Both the position numbers and the translations under genes were made by a program. Source: Camelus dromedarius (lineage: Eukaryota). Taken from it: a stretch of DNA of 64,000 nt. Below, piece by piece: positions 1 to 13,520 of this stretch; positions within the stretch are counted from its first letter, which is position 1, and each line of letters opens with the position of its first letter. The stretch spans positions 39,744,001 through 39,808,000 of the forward strand of contig NC_087447.1 of assembly GCF_036321535.1 (NCBI RefSeq). The letters are read 5' to 3'. Under the pieces are notes generated by a model that was given only the letters and a program-made list of their open reading frames with translations, was not told the DNA's origin and searched no databases.

Positions 1-689
1 AGTTTGTCATCAAGCAAACTCTGTCACGCTGAGGATGGCAAGCATTCCAGAAAGAACAAAGTTATTCAAGACCGACTTGAAAAACAAGTCAGACTCCCCT
101 TCACCACGAGCTAAGATTACACCCTCAAACACACCTTCCTACGATTCTGAGATGGTTTGCTTCTGCGGTGCAGTTAAAGGCAATTTGCTACAATGCTGTG
201 ATTTTCTTTATCCTGGTTCCGTACTACATAATTCAGGCAACCTGCATTTTATAAGTTGAAGGAGCATGACTGAAAAGCTTATCCTTTCATGTTTTATCTC
301 CAAAGAGACAAAGACAGTGCTTACAGAGGAGGATGGGGGCCGGAAATGGGAGGGACGGTGGAAGGAAAGAACAAAGCGGACTCTCAGGAGCAGAGGAAGA
401 GCCCCTCTCTTCTCCAAAGTATCACCCTGTTAACTGGTGACCTGCAAGGAAGCTAAGATCACAAACAGCTAATCCAGCTGTAAAATACATGCAAAGTATT
501 TACTGTAGAAATGGGCTTTGAGCTTGGGTATTGGTAGTTTGGTTTGTTTTTTTAACTGTAAAACCCAAAGAATCTAAAAAATTGTGAGCAGATAATTGGA
601 CCTCACGTGGCTAGGTCCTGCCTATAACAAAAACAAAGAAATTAAACTTAAAAAATAATAAAGCCATATTCAACCTTGCCATAAAAAAA

Positions 690-1300
690 AAAAAAACAAG
701 TAAACAATGAGGCACCACTGAGCCAAACCTTTGTAAAAATGACCAAATCTAATGCAGGCCAAGGTGTTGAAACTAGTACCTCACTGCCCTGCTGGTGGCA
801 CTGTAAATGCTGGTACAAGTCCTTTGGAAAGCAATTTAGCACTATCCATTGAGAGCCAAAAAAATGTTTGTGCCCTTTAACCCAGAAATGGTGCTCTTGC
901 AAATTCACCCTGAGGAATTAACATACAATAAGGATGAGGCCATATCTCCAGGTATTACTTATAATAGCACAAAACTGTAGGAAAAAGAAAAAAACCTAAA
1001 TGTCCAATAATAGATGAATGGCTAAATAAATTCAGCCTGTAGAATGATAAATTGTAAGACCATTAAAAATCATCTTGAAGACTATGAAACCATTTGGAAA
1101 ACATTTGCTTAAGGTTTACTGAAAAGAGCAGAATACAAAATTGAGTCTACATTTGATTACAGCTCTATAGAAATATGTCTGCATACAGACAAGGACTAAA
1201 AGGAAAAATGAAAACAGTTGTGTTAGGATAGCGAGCTTGTGGGTGGATTTTTTTTCTTTTGTTTCATTTCCTTTATTGTGGTTACAGCATTTCATTTTGT
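690..1300 (+). mobile_element. Old L1 (L1M-type) 3' fragment
   Basis: Degenerate L1 ORF2-end/3' UTR motifs (gctggtggcactgtaaatgctggtacaa, aacctaaatgtccaataatagatgaatggctaaataaa). Boundaries approximate. Confidence 0.65.
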
Positions 1301-1801
1301 GAAATAAAGAGAAATCATGGGATGTATATGCAGCCGTTCAACTCACATTCAAAGGACAAATCAGGAATCTGGGAAACCAATATGCTAATTCAGGGCACGG
1401 AGCAATACCTAGCAGGAGTCTCTACCGTGTGCTTGGGCTGGGTCCCGCCAATCACATCTCTCAGCCAGCGAGGCAGGCTGATGAGGAAATGGATGCTCAA
1501 GAAGCCCAACGACCTTCCCAAGGCTATATGAGGCTACACATGACAAAGACTGGATGAGACCCCACATCCACTCTGCTCCAAAGCCTCAGGCCATCCTGCC
1601 CACTGTTGCCACTAGTTCCAAGATCCCTTCCATCTCTAGGAGACGGTCTCCTCCTTAATAAAATGAAGGCGTTAAACCTTCTCCCAGAGCTGTGTGGATC
1701 CAAGCCACACGTGCTTCATAGACCACCTGCATCCAACCCACCTGTGCAGCAGGTTCAAGCTCAGAGAGCTGGCCCCAGCCCAGACCGGGTGAGTCAAAGT
1801 A

Positions 1802-2274
1802 CAGACCATGGCAGACTTAATGATGGTTCAACTTAATGGGTTTCCAAATTACCAAGATTGAAATGTGATACGCGATCAGAAGAAATCATACTTCAGATTT
1901 TAAATTCAGATCTTTTATTAGGCTAGTGATGTGTGGTTCCAAACTATCTCGCAATGCTGGGCAGCAATCACAAGAGGAAGCAACCAATACACTTATAGCC
2001 ATTCTGCACCCACACAACCAGCCTGTTCTTCACTTCCAGCACAGTATTCAATCAATCACATGAGACATTCAACACTATTATAAAAGAGGCTTAATGTTAG
2101 ATGATTTTGCCCAACTGGAGGCTAATACAAGTGTTCTGAGCACATTTAAGGTAGGCTAGGCTAAACTGTGATGTTTGGTAGGTTAGGGTATTAAATGCAT
2201 TTGCCACTTACAATATTTTCAATTTAGGATGGGTTTATTGGGATGAAACCTCACCGTAAGTGGAGGAAGATCTG
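1802..2274. mobile_element. MER47/Tigger5-family DNA transposon (TcMar-Tigger)
   Basis: TA|CAGA...ATCTG|TA ends and the characteristic tttaaggtaggctaggctaa...ggtaggttagg...taaatgcattt core. Confidence 0.75.
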
Positions 2275-3689
2275 TATTATAGAGCTTTCTCTACTTTACC
2301 TGGCTGAAGTAGTCTGATTTAAAAAAAAAAAAAAGCCAGTATATCTCATGCTTAGAATTAAAGAATGTAAAAGTTAAGGAATACCAGGATGTAACCCCAT
2401 CATACCATCTGAATCTGAATTTAACCAGTTGCCCAGGCAGTTCTCATGCACAGGGATATTTGAGAACCACTAGCTAAGAATCATGCAAACATCTGCCAAA
2501 TTCAAACACCCAAATTCCTATGTCCATCTCCCCACACACAAGAAAGTCTGCTGGATATAGAGGAAAAATTTAGAAGCATATACTTGTTCAAATGAGTATT
2601 TAACCTCAAAGAGTTAAAATGCTTAAGATGGAAGAACACAAGAGAGTGTTCTATGTTTCTCAGACACTTTTTTTCCAGCAAAATAATTCCTGGGATCCCA
2701 GACATTATCTGATTTCACATGCCCGTGTTTAGCATAGTGCTGAGAACATAATAGGTGTTCAAGATGCTTGCTGAAAAAACAGGGGAATGAATGAATGAAC
2801 AAGCTGGTAGCATGGTAGTGTCTGCATCCAACCACCTTTAGGGTTTATTTTGTGTGTATGCCTGCTTGTCTGCCTGCACAACTCGGAAAGCCCTGTGACG
2901 TGGCGGAGGGGTACAGATCATCCCTCCTGGTCCACACAGTGACTCTGTGTCCCCAGCCACTAGAACAGGGCATGGTATGCTGGGCACCTGTAAGCAGTGG
3001 TTGAGGAAATGAACAGAAGGCATCAGCCAGGAAAGACGTGAGGGCTTCTGGACCCAGTCACCTCCCTCCGACACCATTCCTACAGAAGGGAACAGGGAAC
3101 TTCTTTACCAAGGGCGCACCATACCCTGTGCCAGGTGCTTCCACACTCACGTGTCCTCAAGGAAACCACAAAGACATAGAGCAGACCAGCAGCTAATGGT
3201 CTGCCCAAAGACTCAGGCAGTAAGTAAGAGCCTCTGGACTCAAAACCACATTCCCTGCAGTCTTAACTAAATACCGGGTAGTCAAATATAAAAAATAAGA
3301 AAATTTTAAAATATATAAGTCTAAAAGAAATGTCCCACAGAGGATCCACTGTCCAAAGGAAACCCACTGCACACACACACTCGAAGGTGTGGGGTTAACT
3401 TAAAAAGGCTTCCCAGGGGAGGCAGCCGGGCCAAGCTCACACAAGTTGTGGACAGGGAGTCGCCCTTGCTGGAAGGTGCACCTTCAGCCTCTGGTCACTG
3501 CCAGAGAGCCACAGCTGGAAACCTCAGGACCTACCTCTCTTCCTTAAAGCAGCAATGGTAGCGTGGATGCTGCCTCCAATCAGCTGCAAACACTTTAGAA
3601 TCCAATGGACCTTACACTCAGGCCACATGCAGCGTTCTGCTGGGTTACAATCACTGAGCACTTCGGGAGCACCTCCCAGTGGAGTCAAG

Positions 3690-3880
3690 AGTCGAGAGTG
3701 ACTGTGAAACCAAATTGGCCTGGATTCAAATCCTGCCTTCACCGTTTGCTGACTTTGGGACCTCCATCTCCCAAGCCTCAGTTTCTGCTCACCTCAGAGA
3801 GTGGTTCTAAGGATCAAATAAAAAAAGGACTTACCACAGAGCTGGCAGCAGTAAAGTTGCAGTAAACGGTACCCATGACA
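3690..3880 (+). mobile_element. MIR SINE
   Basis: ggattcaaatcctgcc...gactttgg...aagcctcagtttc core. Confidence 0.6.
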
Positions 3881-6339
3881 AGAGTCACTACAAGCATTAT
3901 AAAATCTTCATTTGAACCCTAGACGCTTCCCCCAATTCACAAGCACACATACTGCTCGTATGTCCTGCATTCTCTACTAATTCTCTACTGTTCCACATAC
4001 AAAGCTTCATGTATTAACGCAGGGCACACACTTGCTATTTTTAACAGGCCCGGAATAAGTACCTATTCCTCTGCCCAGGGATCCAACTTTTTAATGATTT
4101 CCACATTAGATTTAACATTAAATGCAAATTGATCCATAAAGTCATCTAATTAGAAATTAAGCGTGCCATAGACATTATCCATGATTTAATTAGAAGAGCA
4201 ACACAACATGGTGAGAGATGCCCTCACTAGGAGAAGAAACGGGATGGAGCGCCACCTCGTCCAATTACTGGCTGGGATCTGGAAGGTCACCCAGCCCATC
4301 CAGGCCCCTGCAAAATGAGTAAGTTAGATTTCAAACACCCTTCCCAAAGAAAAGAAATCTGTAATTCAAACCTTTATGGAGCAACAGGCTCTGGGGATGC
4401 AAAGACTCATTCACATTTTAAGGAGCTCAGAGATTAAGGAAACTGCAGCCTGCTCCATCCACCAACACACCCTGGCTTGTGCAGTGGAAGGGTCTGAACT
4501 TTCATTATGGACAATGCTACCCGGCAAATGTTCCTCCCGCCCTGCCTTCCTCTCTTTTGGGAGGCCATGCCCTCAATATGTATTTCCCAAATTTTCAAGT
4601 AATTTTTAAGTCACAGAGTTTCAGGGCTCAAAGCTCAAGATGGGTAGAGGTGGTCAAGCTCTTTGCTGTTTAAACCATTCCCCCCCCCACCCCCCCACCC
4701 CACCTCCAACCCAGGGCTTCTCCCAGATCAAATTCTGAAAAGGCTGCCAAGATCTATGTCAGCACTGCTTGTCCTTTTCAGTGCAAAACAATCCTTGTCC
4801 CTAGCCTGGCCTTTTGACCAAAAGAGTGGAAGGGGAGGAGGGGAAGAATGAAGAGGTGCTGAGAAGCCCTCTGGCAGCAGGCAAGCAGCACAGGGTCTCA
4901 GAGGCTGAGTGGTGCACTGAGAGGACTGAGCAGCGGCTCGGCAAGGCACGAGGCCGACTCACCAGTGGCATCTCCCTCTCGGGTCTCTGGGAGCTCCTAC
5001 CTTCATTAATGTGAGTGACATGTGGCGCACTCTCTCCTCCTCTCTCTCACTGTGGGACAAGGACATTCCTCCGCAGCATGCCACTGCAGTCTCAATGCCC
5101 CTGTACCCCGGGCAGAGTCAAAGACCCCCAAACACCTTCTGTCACCTCCCCAATCTGCTCTTGTTCTACTGTGTTGGAGGTGAGCAAACAGGGGCTGCTG
5201 CTCTTGCAGAGACCCAGAGGAGGGAGCTTGGGATGACCCAGGCCAGGACAGTGAGCCCTTTCCTGATTCCTGGAAATGTCACTGTCCAAGAGACAGCTTC
5301 CCAAGCTCTAGGAATCCCAGAAAGCAACCACAATTGAGTGGCGGTTGTTCAAAAGACTCTTGGACACACCCAAGAACACCCAGAGCAAAATTTTCAAACT
5401 CTTAAAAGTTAAAGAACTGCCCTTAATTGAATATGATGATACATGTAAAGCATATGGAAGTAAAATTTATGCCACTCAGCCCAAATTAGGGCAGAAGAAG
5501 ATACTTAACATAACATCAGGACGGAGGTTACTGGGACTCAATGGAATTTCTCCTTTTTAAAAAAGGCTGGATCACAATAAAACGAAAGCAAAAAGTCATC
5601 TGACTGTAGATTAGCCTTGGACTATACTTGGAACCCGACAGGGATAAGACAAAAATGTAATTTAGAGAAAAAAAAAAAAAAAAAAGAAAAGGAAGAAAGT
5701 GGATTCAGAAATGCCCTTACATGAAATCAAAATGTTATTTTCACACAACTTCAAACGTGAATTATCAATAATTACACCAAAAAAAAGAGTGGGAGACATC
5801 AAACTCCTTACAGAAGAGCCACATCACTCTGTGAACATGATAAAGCTTCTGTCCCACAAGGGCTGGTGGGGGCGGGGCAGGGAGGCCAAGGGGATGCTTA
5901 AGGGGAGTGAGGAAGGTGACCACAGCCACGCCGCCCTCCCTCTGAAGAGGAGCTCTGCAGCTCACAAAGCCCTTTCACGTTCGCTATCCCCCCTGACGCC
6001 ACCAGGACAGTCCGACGAGGGCGTGGGGTTGCCGGCCTGTCTCTGTTTCATGCTCTGAGAGCAGAGGAAACCGCCGAAGGTCCCACAGCCAGCAAGTGAC
6101 AGGTCTAACACGTGAGCCTTGGGTCCACGGGGCGAAGCATCACCCATGGACCACGGCTCACAAAGAACGGCCAGCATGTTCCCCAGGGACGGTCCTGCAC
6201 CTCTGCATGAGAGGCAGTGGGAGGAGGGTGTGGGGCGCAGAGCCTGTTCTGCGCTGTATTTACCCTACCTCACAGCACAAGGTTAAGGGGAAAGAAAGCC
6301 ACTCTTTCCTCCTTTATCTCAATAAAGATGCATGAGCCA

Positions 6340-6550
6340 GGCATGATCCTAAGCACTCCGTGTACATTAACTCATTTTACTCTCACAACAGCTCTATGAG
6401 GTAGGAACTCCTATTAATACCCCTACTGTACAATTCAGTAAACAGCAAGGTTAAGTAATTTGCCCAAAGGCAAAAAGCTGGAAACTGGTGGGCCAGGAGC
6501 CAGGAGCCAGGCAGTCTGAGCCGAGATGCTGTTCTTTTGACCACTAATCT
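6340..6550 (-). mobile_element. MIR SINE
   Basis: tcacaacagctctatgaggtagg...aggttaagtaatttgcccaaag...aggcagtctg. Confidence 0.7.
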
Positions 6551-7200
6551 ATACCACCTTATAAGAGGTGTCAGTATTAGTGGATTCAAGCCTGCCATGG
6601 ACCCAAGTCCAGGTCCATAACAGCTCCCTGGTATCAGCACACTGAGCTTCCCTGACACTTCTGGAGGCTCCATGTATCAGAAATATGCAGGCAGGTCACC
6701 ACACTCTCTCCCCCCCTCCTTCCACCCCACATTATTGAGTTACTGCAGGAGGATCGTGTATTAAGGCAAACACCACTTTGACATAACCTAATAACCACCC
6801 ATCTCCCAGCATCCGGCAAGAATGAATGCTACAGGGCACACGTGCAAACTCGATTCTCAGTTCAGGAGTGATTTCTGTGGGAAGTGTAATTCCATTGTCC
6901 ACCTCACCCAGCACATCTTATAGCCATAAAACATGAGACCTCCATCAGTCAGGACACCCAGGAATGAAAGGCCCTGTCTCCTAATCCGTGTTTCAGGTAA
7001 AGCGAGACCCCAGCTGGTGACAGAAAGTCAAACCTAACCTCATCTTTCTCTTTAGAAACACAATACCAAACACACACACACGCAGCTACATGGAGAAGGC
7101 AGCATTGTAACACAGACGTGTAATTGTTCCACATCCAATTCTGCTGCTTACTTATTTATTGGCCCCAAATAACAGTACAGCCTACGATCACTATAAACTA

Positions 7201-9535
7201 CAGGCCATATCTCGAAGATACTGAGGGTTCAGTTCCAGACCACCGCAATAAGATGAATATCGCAGTAAAGAGAGTCACACAGATTTTTTGGATTCCCAGT
7301 GAATATAAAATTTGTGCTTACACTATACTGTGGTCTGTTAAGTATGCAGCACCATTATATCTAAAAACAATGTACACACCTTAATTTTAAAATAGTTTTG
7401 TTGCTAAGAAATGCTGACCATCATCTTAAAACTTCATTGAGTTGTGATCTTTTTGCTGTTGGAGGGTCTGGCTTCGATGTTGATGACTGCTGACCTGATC
7501 AGGGTGGTAGCTGCTGAAGGCTGGGATGACTGACAATTTCTTAAAATAAGACAATGAAATATTCCGCATCGACTGACTCTCCCTTTCCCAGGTGATTTCT
7601 CTGTAGTGTGCAATGCTGTGAGATAGCATTTTACCCATAAAATTTCTTTCAAAGTTGGAGTCAGTTTTCTCTCAACCCTGCCACTGCTTTATCAACTAAG
7701 TTTATGTAATATTCTAAATCCTCTGTTGTCATTTCAATAATCTGCACAACTTCTTTACCAGGAGTAGATTCCATCTCAAGAACCACTTTGCTCATCCATA
7801 AGAAGCAACTCCTTATCCATTAAAGGTTTATCATGAGATTATAGCAACTCGGTCACATCTTCAGGCTCCACTTCTAATTCTAGTTCTCTTGCCATTTCCA
7901 TCACATCTGCAGTTAACTTCCTCCACTGAAGTCCTGAACCCCTCAAAGTCACCCATGAGGGCTGGAAACAAATTCTTCCAAACTCCTGTTAATGTTGATA
8001 TTCTGACATCTTCCCATGAATCATGAATGCTCTTCATGACATCTAGAATAGTGAATCCTTTCCAGAAGGTTTTCAATTTACTTTGCTCAGACCCATCAGA
8101 GGAATCACTGTCTAGAACAGCTATAACCTTACTTTTAAAATTTATTTCTTTAATAATAAAACTTGAATATCAAAATTACTCCTTAATCTATTAAGGCTAC
8201 AGAATGGATCTTGTGCTAACAGGCATGAAAATCTCACTGTATGTCTCCATCAGAGCTCTTGGGTAACTAAGTTCATTGTCAGTGAGTAAGAATCTTATTT
8301 TTCTGAGCAACAGGTCTCAACAGTGGGCTTAAAATATTCAGCAAACCATTTTGTCACCAAGTGTGCTGTTATCGAGCTTTGTTATTCTATTTACAGAGCA
8401 CAGGCAGAAAACCCTAGGATTTTCAGAATGGTAAATGAGCACTGGCTTCAACTTCAAATCACCAGCTGCATTAGCCCTGTCTTCAAAGCTTTAAAGCTAG
8501 GCATTCGTTGACTTCTCCTCTCTAGCTATGAAAGACCCAGATGGCCTTCTTTCAATAGAAGGCTATTTTGTCTATACTGAAAATCTGCTGTTTTAGAGCA
8601 CCTTCATTAATGATCTCAGCTAGAGCTTCCAGATAATATGCTGCAGCTTCTACATCTGCACTTGTTGCTTCACCTTGCACTTTTGTGTTAGGGCTTCTTT
8701 TCTTAAACATCAGGTATCAACCTCTACTAGCTTCAGACTTTTCTTCTGCAGCTTCCTCACCCCTCTCTCAGGCGTCGTAGAACTGAAGAGAGTTAGGGCC
8801 CTGCTCTGGATCAGACTTTATCTTAGGAGAATGTGATGGCTGGTTTGATCGTCTATCCAGACCGCTAAAAATCTCCCTATCAGCAACAAGGCTGTTTCAT
8901 TTTCTTGTCACTCATGTGTTCACTAGAGTAGCACTTTTAATTTCCTTCAAGAACTTTTCCTTTGCACTCATAACCTGGCCAACTGTTTGGCGCAAGAGTC
9001 CTCGTTTTAGGGCCTGCCTTAGCTTTCAACATGCCCTCCTCAATAAGCTTAATCATTTCTAGCTCTTGATTTAAAGTGAGAGACGTGTGATTCTTCCTTT
9101 CACTTGAACACTTAGAAGCCACTGTACGGTTATTAACTGGCCTAATTTCAATATTGTTGTGTCTCAGGGACTTGGGAGACCTGAGGAGAGGGAGAGAGAT
9201 GGGGAAACAGCCAACTGATGGAACCATCAGGACACGTACAATATTTATCAATGACATTTACCACCGTGTATGGGCATCGTGGCACCCCCAAAACAGTTAC
9301 AACAGTAACATCAAAGATGACCGATCACAGATCACCACATCAAGTTAATGAAATGCAGCAAATATAGCAAATATTACAGGAATCACCAAAATGTGACACA
9401 GAGACACAAAGTGAGCAAACACTGTTGGAAAAATGGTGCTGACAGACTTGCTGAAATGTTGCCACAAACCTTCGATTTGCGAAAAATACAGTACATGCAA
9501 AGCGCAATAAAGCACCATGAGATGAGGTCTGCCTG
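7201..9535 (-). mobile_element. Near full-length Tigger1 DNA transposon with decayed pogo-type transposase
   Basis: TA duplications at 7199-7200 and 9536-9537; TIRs CAGGCCATATCTCG / CAGGCAGACCTCA; translated remnants [63 protein letters not shown] resemble Tigger1/TIGD1 transposase but are split over several ORFs. Confidence 0.93.
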
Positions 9536-9826
9536 TACGTTCACTATAGCACTGCCTCTTTGGCCAGACTTGACCATGCATGGCTGGTTCTCTAAAGGTT
9601 TACAGACCCACACGGGAACCTCTTCTGTACAGCAAACTGTGGGGTGTGGGTCTGCATCTGCTTTGCGGGAAGCTGACAGGCAAACCCACTGCTTAAGATC
9701 CTGGTCCAGTCAGTCACCTGGTAGCAGCAGAAGCTAGTAACCTCAGGGCAAGAAGACATCCAGCCCGTAAGAGGCAGACAGGAGCCAGGCTTCGGATCTG
9801 CAACGTTCTCTGATGCCCGCTTAGAA

Positions 9827-10126
9827 CAGGGTTGGCAGATCTGGCCTGCCATCTGTTTTTGTGTGGCCCACGAGTTAGGAATGGTTTTTACATTTTTAAA
9901 TAGTTGAAAAAAATCAAAAGAAGAATACGTTACACAGCATTCACATTTCCACGCCCATAAACAAAATTTTATTGGGACACAGCCACGTCCACTGCCTTGC
10001 ATTTAGTCTCTGGCTGCTTTCAGGTCCCAACTGCAGTGTCCAGTAGTGGAGACAGAGACCACATGGCCTGTGAAGTCAAAAATATTTACTGTCCGGCCTT
10101 GTACCAAAAAAGTTTGCTGACCCTTG
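9827..10126. mobile_element. MER58-like hAT-Charlie MITE
   Basis: cagggttggca...aaaaagtttgctgacccttg termini; ttttattgggacacagccac core. Confidence 0.75.
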
Positions 10127-10727
10127 ACTTAAATAAAAGCACTGTTAAAGATTAAATTTTAAAAAAAAGAAAGAAAAATAAATAAATAAAAGTTCTGCTA
10201 GAAATAAGACAAAACCTAAAAGGAGTTCAGGAGGAAAACATGAATGGTCACCTGACCGGCAGTCCATGTCCAAAGATTCAGCAGGCAGCACCGCTGGTCC
10301 CCAGTGGAGGGGGAAGAGACATCAGCAGGAAACTGGTGCCCCGAGGACACACTCCCCACTGCACCCCTACCCACGTCGGCCCTTTTTGTTCAGAGAGAAA
10401 ATGAGGCTGGATGGGGGTCCAGTGATTCTGCTTGTCCTGCTGCTCCAAAGTAACAGAAAACGAGGGCAGGGCAGAGAGAACCAGCTGGAGTTCTCACGAG
10501 AACTGAGAACCAGCCCAAGCAAACACTCTCTGTGATGTTTCCTGGTAGAAAGTAGGCAAATTAGAGTCTCAGTTTGGGGTGAACTAGGAAGCGAGCACAG
10601 TATTCCTTTGTCAAGTTTTGTTTTGTTTTGTTTTTTTAAGTAAAAAATGATTTAGGATTATCCTTGTCTTCTTGTCCTCCTTTTACCACCTTCTTCACCG
10701 CCTCTGTTGAGCTGGGAACCCTTGAGC

Positions 10728-10936
10728 TAGGGTTGCCAGATTTAGAAATAAAAATACAGGATGCCCAGCTAAATCTGAATTTCAGATAAACAACCAATAA
10801 TTGTGTATTATAACTTTGCCCCAAATATTGCTTCTCTGAAATTCAAATCATGAGACAAATTTATTACTAAAAAAGTACTGAGTTTTTCTATGATTCAGAT
10901 TTAACTGGGCATCCTGTAGTTTATCTGGTAACCCTA
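10728..10936. mobile_element. MER53 palindromic hAT MITE
   Basis: TIR TAGGGTTGCCAGAT / ATCTGGTAACCCTA; inverted arms 10755-10780 and 10893-10918 complementary at 25/26. Confidence 0.85.
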
Positions 10937-11545
10937 TAGAGAATCCAAATCATGCAGAGTAGGCGACTCCTCGACACCAGCGCCTTCCGGTAAAGACCCC
11001 ATGTGGCAGGTTCTGTCTCCAGAAGCCCTGCCTGCTTCCCAGTGTTGGGGGCTGATCTGCTGCAATCTCCAGAAACAAGCTTCCCCAGGAGCAGAGCGCC
11101 TGTGCCCAGCCGCCAACTGACAGGGATGTGCAGTTATCCCTGCCTCCCTCCCCCACCACCATACCCTCCCTGCAACTCCGCCCAGCCCCCAGGCGAGACG
11201 ACATTCTCTGATCCTTCAAGAAGCCCCTCCAACCTAGAAAGGATGTCTTCCCTCTCATACCTGTTCTGCTGTCTATGATAGGGTCACAAGGTGTTTCCAC
11301 CCTTGTGTCTCAGAGGAAGGAATGACTCAGGGCATGGAATTCACAGTAATAAGGACTCCGGAGGGGAGGGAGGTGCTGAAATCCTACTGTGTTAAACGGT
11401 TCCAGAGTCTGTGCCTGAGGACTACTGAATTCCCGTCCCAAGGCAAGTTGCACTGGGCAGTGATTTCAGTCTTTCATTCACAGTTATAGCCCTGGTGCCT
11501 AGAACATTGTCTGGCATATCTTGGCACTCAACAGATACCCAGGAC

Positions 11546-11933
11546 TGTTATCAGCTAAACTGTGTCTCCCCAAAATTCACATATTGAAGCCCTCACCTAC
11601 AGTACCTCAGAATGTGACAGTGTTTGGAGACAGGGTCTTTACAGACATGACGAAGGTAACATGAGGGCATAAGGTCGGTGCCAATCCAGTACAACAAGAG
11701 TCCTTCTAAGAGGAGATCTGGACACACAGAGAGACACCAGGGGTGCACACAGGCAGAGCCAAGGCCATGTGAGGACTTCTGCAAGCCACGGGCAGAGGCC
11801 TCAGAAGAAACCAAACCCACCAACAGCTCGAGCTTGAACTACCAGCCTCCAGAACTATGAGAAAATCCGTTTCTGTTATCTAAGCCACCCAGTCTGGGGC
11901 ATTTCGTTATGGCAGCCCTGGGAAGGTACTGCA
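11546..11933 (+). mobile_element. MaLR solo LTR (MLT1A/B-type)
   Basis: TG...CA termini; cagtacctcagaatgtgac and cagcctccagaactatgaga...taagccacccagtct...gttatggcagccct motifs. Confidence 0.85.
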
Positions 11934-12349
11934 GGAAAGCAGGAACAGACGGACGAATGAGAGGGGTGAGTGCAAGCCTGTCTTGTTCTCCACCTTCTCT
12001 CTGGTGCGTATGCCAGTATACACGGTGTGCTGTGGTGAAAAAACGCCAAAGTAGCAGCCAGTCTCTCCCCACAGCACCATTTGGAGGCTGCCCAGGCTGA
12101 AGCTGCTGGGAACACAGATTTGGGTGTGATTTCTACCACCCCAGTCTCTGGACAGACCTTCCCACTCCTCCTAGCTCCCTAGGCCTCTCTGGGGACAGCT
12201 CCTCAGGGGGCCTCTGTTCTCTTGGCCTGAGAGTGGCAGAACAGGCCTCAGATGTGACTGCTTGAGTTTTCTGCTGGCTACCACCCTGAACCTTCTAGAA
12301 CCTTCTATCCTTACCAAAAGAAGAGAGTCTGCAGACAAATACTTCTGGG

Positions 12350-12607
12350 CATTAGCGTGGTGATGTGATGCCTGGAGCTCCTGCAGCTATTTGCTGACAG
12401 GAGAGGGGGGAGCTGCCATGTAAAGGATGGCAGAGTGAGAAATGAAAAGAACCAGGTCCTTGAAGAGGTCACTGAGCTGCTGAGCTAACACACTCTAGGA
12501 TCATCATACCTCTGGACTTCTAGTCCTATGAGATAAAAGAACTCCTTATTATGAAGCTATTTTGAGTTGGTTTGTCTGTTACTTGCAGCCAAAAGCCTCC
12601 AGCTACA
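12350..12607 (+). mobile_element. Old MaLR LTR fragment (MLT1J/K-like)
   Basis: cctctggacttct...ttgagttggtttgtctgttacttgcagccaaa 3' motif. Confidence 0.6.
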
Positions 12608-13319
12608 TCATATGAGCCGGAATGCTACCATTATCAACTTTCTGGTTTTATTAGGCAAAATCTGTGGTTTGTGACTTTTTCAAGTTCAGAAACCCCTTTT
12701 AACATCAAAATATTCTACACACCTACTTTAGTATCCAATACGTAAGAGCTACTAAACTACTACAACTTTCCAGTAATGTTTTTAAGTGAATTTGTATTTT
12801 AGACATCTAATTCTATCTAAGGACATCTAAAAGCTCTCAGGCATAATTTTAGACGACACACACCATGTTACATGACCTTGTAGATAATCCTTGCTGGGTA
12901 TCTCAGTTTGAGGACCCTCACGACAACTGAACAGCCCTTTCCCCAAACCCCTAAGAAACGTCTGACCCCCAACTTGAGAACCCTCTGACTATACAGATGC
13001 CCAAAGACCTTTCCAACTTAGTTTGGGTCCAAGCTTTATGCTTCTCCTTGTCCTCTCAGGTCCAAGTACTACCTAAGACTCACTTCCTCCAGTGAAATCT
13101 TCCCAGACGGTACCCCTCAACTGTGGTCAATTCAAAACTGCCCTCTGATGCTTGCATAATCAATGCCAAGCACACTGGATTTAATTTAATCTCACCCAGA
13201 TAAAAACCTGGTCTCATTTTACTTTTTCCCTAGTACTCCCATGTGACTGTCATATTTCCCAAGGGCAGAAAGGATGGTGATAACAGTAACACTAGTGGTA
13301 GTGGTGGTGGTGACATTTC

Positions 13320-13520
13320 AGCACGTAACGTATTCTAGCGAACGTGGCAAGTATTTTACATGTGTTATTTAATTTCACCTTCAAAGCAACCTTTGAGATA
13401 AGTGTTTTATCATTCCCATTTTACCAAAAGAGGACAGAGACAGAGTTTAAGTAACCTGCCCTAGCCACACGGCAAGTCAGGAGCAGAGCTGGGGTGGGAG
13501 CCATCCACACAAAAGCATCA
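13320..13520 (-). mobile_element. MIR SINE
   Basis: attcccattttac...agtttaagtaacctgccc. Confidence 0.6.

Noticed and set aside
7426..9257. TIGD1-like transposase ORFs as a gene
   Set aside because: Broken into short ORFs, start codon lost, enclosed by Tigger1 TIRs.
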